The translations under genes and the position numbers were made by a program. Source: Sphaeroforma arctica JP610 (Eukaryota). Taken from it: a stretch of 64,000 nucleotides of DNA. Where the stretch lies: assembly GCF_001186125.1 (NCBI RefSeq), contig NW_014040269.1:5493-69492 (forward strand), given 5' to 3'. This document shows, piece after piece, positions 57,000-64,000 of this stretch. How positions within the stretch are numbered: position 1 is the first letter of the stretch; each line of letters opens with the position of its first letter. The notes under the pieces are model-generated. The model made no database searches. It saw only the letters and a program-made list of their open reading frames with translations, and was not told the DNA's origin.

Positions 57000-59900
57000 T
57001 CGAGGAGATGCTCTTACGCTAGGCTACCGGTGTATGCTTATAAAGTTGTGGTCAAGTGTTACCAACACTCTTTCTCATTCTGTTTGGAGGCGTGATCTAC
57101 TCAGTTGGTGGCGTGCAGAATGAAGCTCTATATCACTCCTGGTGTCAATATACAAAACTGGAGTGGTGTACGGCTATTTTATCTCTCTATTTATAATATG
57201 TTGCATCGGTGTGACACGTACTCTTCTTTATCTTCAAAGCGGTGTACTATGAAGCACACGGATTATTGGTTTGGTTCAGTCTTGGAGCTTTACTTCTGGA
57301 TTGTTCTTGAGCGTAGTGAGTGGTCGATTGTCGGACGAACGTCAAAAACTCGCCACAAATGGTAGCGTTTAGATATACACTCGTCGTGCAGATGAATGGT
57401 GACAATATGTGTTTGAATCTTTGGTATATGATTCTATCACAAGTGTAGCGAAAGATGTTCGAATGTTGTTACTGTACTCCCATATGTCTTGTGAAATGTA
57501 AGAGCTTCATGTGTACGCCGCTATGATATTCATGTGTATGCCGCTATGATATTCATGTGTATGCCGCTATGATTTTCATGTGTACGCCGCTACGATTTTC
57601 CACGAGTATTGGTGAGAAGTCTACTATGGTTGAGTTAGAGCCTCATACCTATGTATAACAGCAGTTGTATTATTATGCAAATTTTTGACCACTCACTGTA
57701 GAGAAAAACTGATGTACTTGGTCAAGGTCATTGCACTGAACAATGGCCTTGAGGCGCTCGTATAAACATGATAAGGATCGTCATATTACAGGACCAAGGT
57801 GACAAACAATGCAAGCCGAGGGACATTGTATATACATATGTGTTATAGGCTCATGGGTTGTGTTGAAGCTTCTCGTGGAACTGAGATTCTTCTTTGTTTA
57901 TAAACGTCTATACCACTACTGTTATACCTGTACACATCCTAGTAGGATACTAGCTGATGATCGAAACTGACAGTTACCTAAGAAATCCTAACAATCCTAC
58001 GAGAAGAATAAAGAGCGCGTACAATAATATTTAAATATATTTTGTTTCAAGAGACCTTTCGAGAACTTGCGCGTCCATGGGTGATGTGGTCTTTGTAGAG
58101 GTACTAGTATCAACCAAGGTGTCAAATATAGATTGTGTCCGTGTCATGATTATTAACTAGGTTGCACTTGGAAATATTTAGATACGTCGCGCAGTATGGA
58201 GCAATGACTGCTATCTTATTAGCATCGTCCGTGTTGCTCGTGTGCTCTAGTGATAACAAGTGTGCTGATCTCACCGAGCGCTTCAACTGTTTAAGATATT
58301 AATATCATCCCGAAAGTGTTTCACAAACTGTACAATGATGTAGCATATTGATGCAAGCGACGGTTTTAACTCACATGCCATACTTTATGTGAATTCTTCA
58401 GGGTTAGTCGAGGGCAAAGCATATCTGCCTCTGGGGAAATGGTTTATAATCAAGGCCGGGTGTATGATTTATCGTTGTAGATTCAGGTATATCAAATGGA
58501 GCGTTGTGTTCATCCTTCTTTGCGGAGTTTGTCAGCCCTTTTTATGAATCGTTTTATGACTACTAGCCCGTGCAGGAACAAACTTTAAAGATCAATTTCA
58601 CACTTCATCCAGGTTTGCAAGTGATGACACTACATATTCCCAATTTTTGCTCAACTTCGAGGATGAAGACGAACTTCAAATGGAAATGCGGGTATATTGC
58701 TTGGTTTTCTCAATTGATTTTATCCTTTTTTTTTACTTTATATGACCGCGCTATGTGAAATCTAGATATGTCATGAACCTTTAATAACAGGTTGGTCTCG
58801 CAGCATTGGTGAATAGCAACTTCCATCTTACACGAATGTTAACAAGCAACCTGGAGATGATCGTCGTTATTCGCAAACCTTGCCCGAAGGTTGCAGCTAA
58901 AGCATTTCGGTGGCAAAAACCAGATCATCATGGCAGCTTGGTTTCAGTGCAATTCGTATTGCAAATCAGTCATCGCACAACTACGTGAGTATATTCTTTG
59001 TCGACTTCGCGTACGAATTGAAATTAAGAGCTTCATTCATTTAGCTCTCGTCTGTTGCGAGTAATTAGCTTACGCTCCGCTGTCCTGTCCTTTACAATAT
59101 AATTAGAGGGCAAATTAAGCATAGCGTTCCGGCCATGCCTCAAAAATTGGCATCGGATTCTGCACCTGTCGTAAGAATGTTCGATGATGACCCAATTAAA
59201 GCAAATAGTTCTGGAAGCTCGGACTTAACAGCAAATTCTACAATGATGGTAGACCATGGTGAAAAGAAATTTCGGAAGGGCTTTTGCGAAATTACCGCAG
59301 CAATGGAAAGCTCTCGTAGGAGGATCGCAGAGACGATGTCAAGCCTTCGGATGAATGAGTTGATCAGCACAGGTATTGCCTTGTTAATTTTCACTTCCAG
59401 TGCAAAGAAATACTTTTTTGCTCAATGAACTCCACAATAGGCTTCAAGTTTTATATAAGTTTGATGACAGCTATTAATCATATTTATATACACAGCTTCA
59501 CGTGTTAATTTCGTAGAGACCATACGTATGAAACAGGCCATCGTATTGATTCGCCCTGGAAACCGCTAGTGTTTCTTAAAACATTCTATCAAGCTTAGAA
59601 TTTACTATTGCGTATTGAAGTTTACTGTCTGTCATCGGCGGCTCACCACTCGTGTTATCCCACAATGTATATTTAATATATACTTCATTCATATCTTGAT
59701 TCATCAGCTTCGACTTTCCACATGCGCCCAACGGACACACACAAAAGCTGCGAAATACCCATCCTGTTCTACCCTGGATACCCATGCTGTTCCACCCTGG
59801 ATAGAGAGCAGTGCAAGCTACGACTGCGGTAGGGTTATGAGAGCACCCTCAAATCAACAACCATCGAGCATGGGCAGATCAACTGCGCGAGCTGAATCAG

Positions 59901-60900
59901 CAACGCCAGGTGCGCATGGAGGTAGCTGAATCAGCAGACCTTTAGAATTTGCTAAGGAACTCGACAAAAGTTTTACTGAGAGCGTTGGAGATATCACTGG
60001 GAGACTTGAGAATGGTTGGCGAAAGTTTTCCCCAGTAGTGCTACGTGAGAGATCTATAATCTCGACAACAGTTTTAAAGTATCGCTGAGAATGCGTTCAC
60101 ATCTATCGTGTGTGGCTAGTACAGCTGGGCAAACATAAGCTCAACATAAGTTTTTAGCCGTCGTCTTCACTCGGTAAAATTCTTACAGAGTACCAGCTTG
60201 GAGCTCACACACCAGGCGTGTTTGAGGTATGTTTGTGTACCTTGATAGTCCCGAGTATTCTATGGAAGGTTAAAGAGGTCCACGGGTAACGCGTGTGTAT
60301 GCGAGAACGCGCATAGCTACATGAATGAAGGCGAGCAAGACCTCTACGAGCTACCGTCAGGTTGAAGTTCAAATGAGTGAGGGAGCTCATATTCACGTGT
60401 GACGAGGCAAAATGCTAGATACCTTTAATCGACTTTTACAACAGCTCCATTCACGAGGGCAATACCTTCGCATCCTCAGTGAGAATGATGCCGTGCAAAA
60501 TTCGAATATAAGAGTTCATGACATGCTTGATATTATATACACTCCCTGGAAGCTGACAGGCGTAATGAGAAATACCATGGAATTCTCCCGACTAGGACCA
60601 TATACTGTGAGTTTTTGTATGTACCAATTACAACAGATGAATCTTATAGTAAACTGCTAGTCACAAATGAGTCAAGGGCAGCCCGACGTTGATGCGGACA
60701 CAGGCTAGTCTAGAGCGAGCCTTGCTTGAATTTTGGTTATCGGAAGGACCGTAATATTATCAATCCACGAAGCAGTGAACCTAATCATATTAGACTGTGG
60801 CAACATCACTGAAAGTATAAATAGTGATGAAGGTGGACTCGCGTACACAATTGAACACAAGTACCCTTTGAGCGTATGTGAACGAATGCTTTATTTATTT
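57000..60900 (-). mobile_element. Highly decayed non-LTR retrotransposon (L1/Tx1-like, possibly with RNase H)
   Basis: Colinear degenerate motifs on the minus strand: WIDNI (about 60760), QDGYFAAF (about 59760), RWPVS (about 59535), NFAKA (about 59285), FAN-TTII (about 58870), EPITHMYIQCPSA (zf-RVT-like, about 57830), QTNN...YTAL (about 57260). Each motif is individually weak. Confidence 0.4.
57506..57600. repeat. 23-bp minisatellite, 4 copies
   Basis: CATGTGTA(C/T)GCCGCTATGAT(A/T)TT repeated. Confidence 0.9.
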
Positions 60901-61395
60901 TTTGTTACACGCAAATTAAACCAATGTGAACCGCAGCCTGTAGAGAATCCCCTCGTAGGTCAAACTAGGGAAGAAGCAAGCACTCTCGGTTTTTCAAAGT
61001 CATAGACGTAAAATAAAATAAACTTCGTCATTCGAAATTTGCTTTTAGTGCCATGGCAGATGCAAATGGGCATCTTTGATTTCTTTCAGCGAAGCCTGGT
61101 TGGGAAGGTAGAAGCCGAAGTACAAGCAGCCACCGTACCAATAATATGGTTGACCTAAACGCTTTACACTTTTGTCCGGGAGATGGCTGCTTTGGGCATT
61201 GGTAATCAATATTGAAAGGGCTTGCTGTATAGCATCCCATGGGAACTGAGCATTACTTTATAGTTAGACCTGGACTCGTAGTAGGAGACCTGCTATATCA
61301 TAATAACGCAAATTCCCAAAGAATTTGGTGCCCTCTGAACTCGAATATGTAGGCACAATAACCGATTGTATAGTAAATATATCATCACTATGGTG

Positions 61396-61620
61396 TGTAA
61401 CTTATGCATACTTCTGACATACAAATAACTTGTACATGCTTCTGACACACATGTAACTTGTACATACTTCTGACATGCATGTAACTTGTACATACTTCTG
61501 ACATACATGTAACTTGTACATACTTATGACATACATGTAGCTTATACATACCTCTAACACACATGTAACTCATGCATACTTCTGACAAACATGTAACTTA
61601 TGCATACTTCTGATATACAT
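61396..61620. repeat. 28-bp minisatellite, about 8 copies
   Basis: TGTAACTTGTACATACTTCTGACATACA repeated head-to-tail with no spacers. Confidence 0.92.
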
Positions 61621-61859
61621 CTGGCATGCATTTATCTGACTGCTATGCATAGCGTGCTATGTATATTTGATATAATTTTGGAATATGCTGGGAGCGAGCG
61701 CTAGCGAGATATTTTGATTTATTTGATGGAGGCAAAGGGAAGTAAATGAGGGCCGTTTGTAGGGTGTAGCCCTTCTCACTTTTTTGACACGTCAGATATT
61801 TGTGACATGTCTGTGAACGTCAAATCCTCTTGTCATTTATTGTGTGTTTACAGTATTTC

Positions 61860-62712
61860 AGGACAAACCTAGTTTTATTTTTTAGGTCGTAACCCCCAAC
61901 CGGGTTTCTCTTTCGCCTCGCACAGGGGTCATATTTGCCCCATGTGCACGACGACTGGTTTATTATAAAAAGGTTGTCTATATGAAATAAGCAAAACAGT
62001 CAATGAGAAAGTTGGTTGATAGGCAGATACCTATATAGGCTATAGGCCTTTTTATTGACACTCTATCAAATTCTACATCATGCTTTCTAGCTTATGATTC
62101 CTACGATTATATGATCGAGCTTGAAGAAGAGGCTTTAACATCGATCACTGGCTTGCCGGACTGGACATGGCTACGACATCCACCAGTAAGACAGATCTAT
62201 CCAAGATGATCTACGTTCCCATCAACGATGTCGTAGATGAATCATACGAGAAAGTTCGGTAGACTCTGAAGAAAAACTGGACATCGGCTCAGGCGGCATT
62301 TGTCAAAGAAACTGATTGCATCGACATTCTAAAGTCTCTTGACCAATACTACGAAGCTAAAAATATTACTGTAGGTACGATTTGTATCTCTCTACGCCTG
62401 CAGCTCGCACCAACCATCCGCGTGGTATACCCTTGGGTCCTTTGAATCTTCTCGAGTGACGCTTTAAACGCCAGTTTAAGAATACATATTGATGGTACTC
62501 TTCTCCGTACTCTCTCACGGATGCAGGGTGAGTCTCTGTGCAGCTGGTCTCGCCGAGTCGAAGATATTCTCCTCTGGGCGAAAATCCAAGGCACTACGTT
62601 CTACCTTATTTATTGACGACCTGGCCGTCGCTGACAAGCAGCAGAACAAGAACCTGTATCTTATGTCATTCAAGTCACAAGATGACATCACCATTTATCA
62701 CATGGCGGACTA
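61860..62712 (+). mobile_element. 5' fragment (LTR, PBS, partial gag) of a Copia related to the element at 21457
   Basis: AGGACAAACCTAGTTT, TATATAGG-TAT-GGCCTTTT and ATGCTTTCTAGCT are shared with 21460-21700. Gag LFIDDLAVADKQQNKNLYLMSFKSQDDITIYHM matches LFIDGLSDVDKYHTQNVYLMSFKNRDGITIYHM. Confidence 0.85.
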
Positions 62713-62713
62713 A

Positions 62714-64000
62714 CTACTCCCACGGTGGGTTCACCTATGCATTCACTTCATACGCCCACTTCTGTAGGAGCGCATTCTGTTCTTTGGTATAGTATTTATC
62801 TGTGTGTGCATTGTGTGCCGATGCAAACAGATCTACGGTGAGTTTTCCAAACCATCTTTCAGCTTTAGCATTCAGTATATAGCTTTATGGTTATAAGAAT
62901 GTTAGTTTCCAAGGCGGTGTCCTCTTGGCTGTTATGTGTTGTTTTGTTCGCGTCTTGCAATACCTCTGAAGTTTTAGTATTAAACGTGTCTTCGTGTATA
63001 CGCGACTACATATCTGCCATCTGGTTGTCCTTGCCTGGGACGTGTATGATGGAGAAATGGTGGTGGAATATTTTTGCTATCCATTTGGTTAACATTGGGT
63101 GTAACGTCTGTTGGCTGTTCATTTGCGTGAGCGCTTTATGATCCGTCCATAGAGTTATGTCCCCTCATTTGATGTATTCGGAGAAATGTTCCAGACTGTA
63201 TACCAGTGCTAGCAGCTCTTTAGTGTTTTGTCATAGCGTTGTTGTGCTGGATTCATGCCTTTGGAAAAGTAGAGAATGTCTCTTCTGACCCCATTGATGA
63301 CTTGAAATAAACATCCTCCTATGCTATAGACACTAACATCGTTCATGATTTGAAACTGTACCCCATCAACATGGTATACTTGTGTCGCCGAACATGCGAT
63401 GGCTTCTTTGAGTTCTACCTACTTCTTTCTGAGTTCCGGAGTCCATAACATGAATAAGTTCTGGTCCATTTTCCCTTTCATTAGGTTCCGGAAGTGTTTA
63501 GTTGTGTAGGCAAAGTTGGGGACATAGTCGCGCATATAGTTCGCGAGTCCCACCACTTTGTGCAGATCTCTTTTTGTTCTGGGCAGTGGCCAGTCCATCA
63601 TCCTTTTCTGTTTTTCAGAATTTGCTTTGAGTCCCTTTGTAGTGACTTTCACCCCCAGAATGTCGACCACTTTGACCGCGAATGCACACTTGTTGTGATT
63701 GAGTTGGAAGTTTGCTCCATTCAGTCGCTTGATTACTTCACGAACTGTCTTGCGGTGTTCTTCTTCTGTACGACTCGCAACGACTATGTCATCTACATAC
63801 ACTTGCACACCTTTGATGTCTATGAGCAAGTTTGCCATGACTCTCTGGAACTGTGCTATGAGTACGACTCGCAACGACTATGTCAGCTACATACATTTGC
63901 ACACCTTTGATGTCTATGAGCAAGTTTGCCATGACTCTCTGGAACTGTGCTATGAGTGAGTGTAGTCCAAATGACGCTGACTTGAATGATTATTGCGCTC
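62714..64000 (-). mobile_element. Ty3/Gypsy element 5 fragment: RT-RH-Dam MTase (truncated; continues past the window end)
   Basis: RT VQVYVDDIVVAS and DWPLPRTKRDLHKVVGLANY; RNase H KELLALV, WTDHKAL, HVPGKDNQMAD. Then WFGKLTVDLFASAHNAHTDKYYTKEQNALLQKWAYEVNA*VNPPWE, with DLFAS at 62819-62833 and NPPW at 62720-62731. Confidence 0.88.

Noticed and set aside
61396..61620. 28-bp repeats as a CRISPR array
   Set aside because: Head-to-tail with no unique spacers, no cas genes and a eukaryotic context. It is a minisatellite.

Overview
Eukaryotic genomic window from a draft assembly with N gaps; the organism cannot be identified from sequence alone. Positions 1-33 kb and 56-64 kb are nested, mostly decayed transposable elements: five Ty3/Gypsy-like pieces, two related Ty1/Copia pieces, an ISL2EU/Harbinger-type DNA transposon, a Crypton, a probable LINE remnant, MITEs and minisatellites. 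The middle holds two host genes: an intronless, bacterial-looking CMD/AhpD-family gene (33440-33964, +) and a 21 kb multi-intron DMXL/Rabconnectin-3alpha (RAV1-like) gene (34527-55592, -). Main observations: (1) four Gypsy-like elements and one Copia element each carry a Dam-type N6-adenine DNA methyltransferase domain or its remnant, lying N-terminal to the DDE integrase wherever the integrase survives. (2) The ISL2EU-like transposon has an Exo1/XPG-type nuclease-SAP-SWIM partner gene instead of the usual YqaJ exonuclease. (3) One Gypsy element ends in an inverted copy of its own 5' leader. All domain calls come from manual translation and motif recognition; no database search was run.
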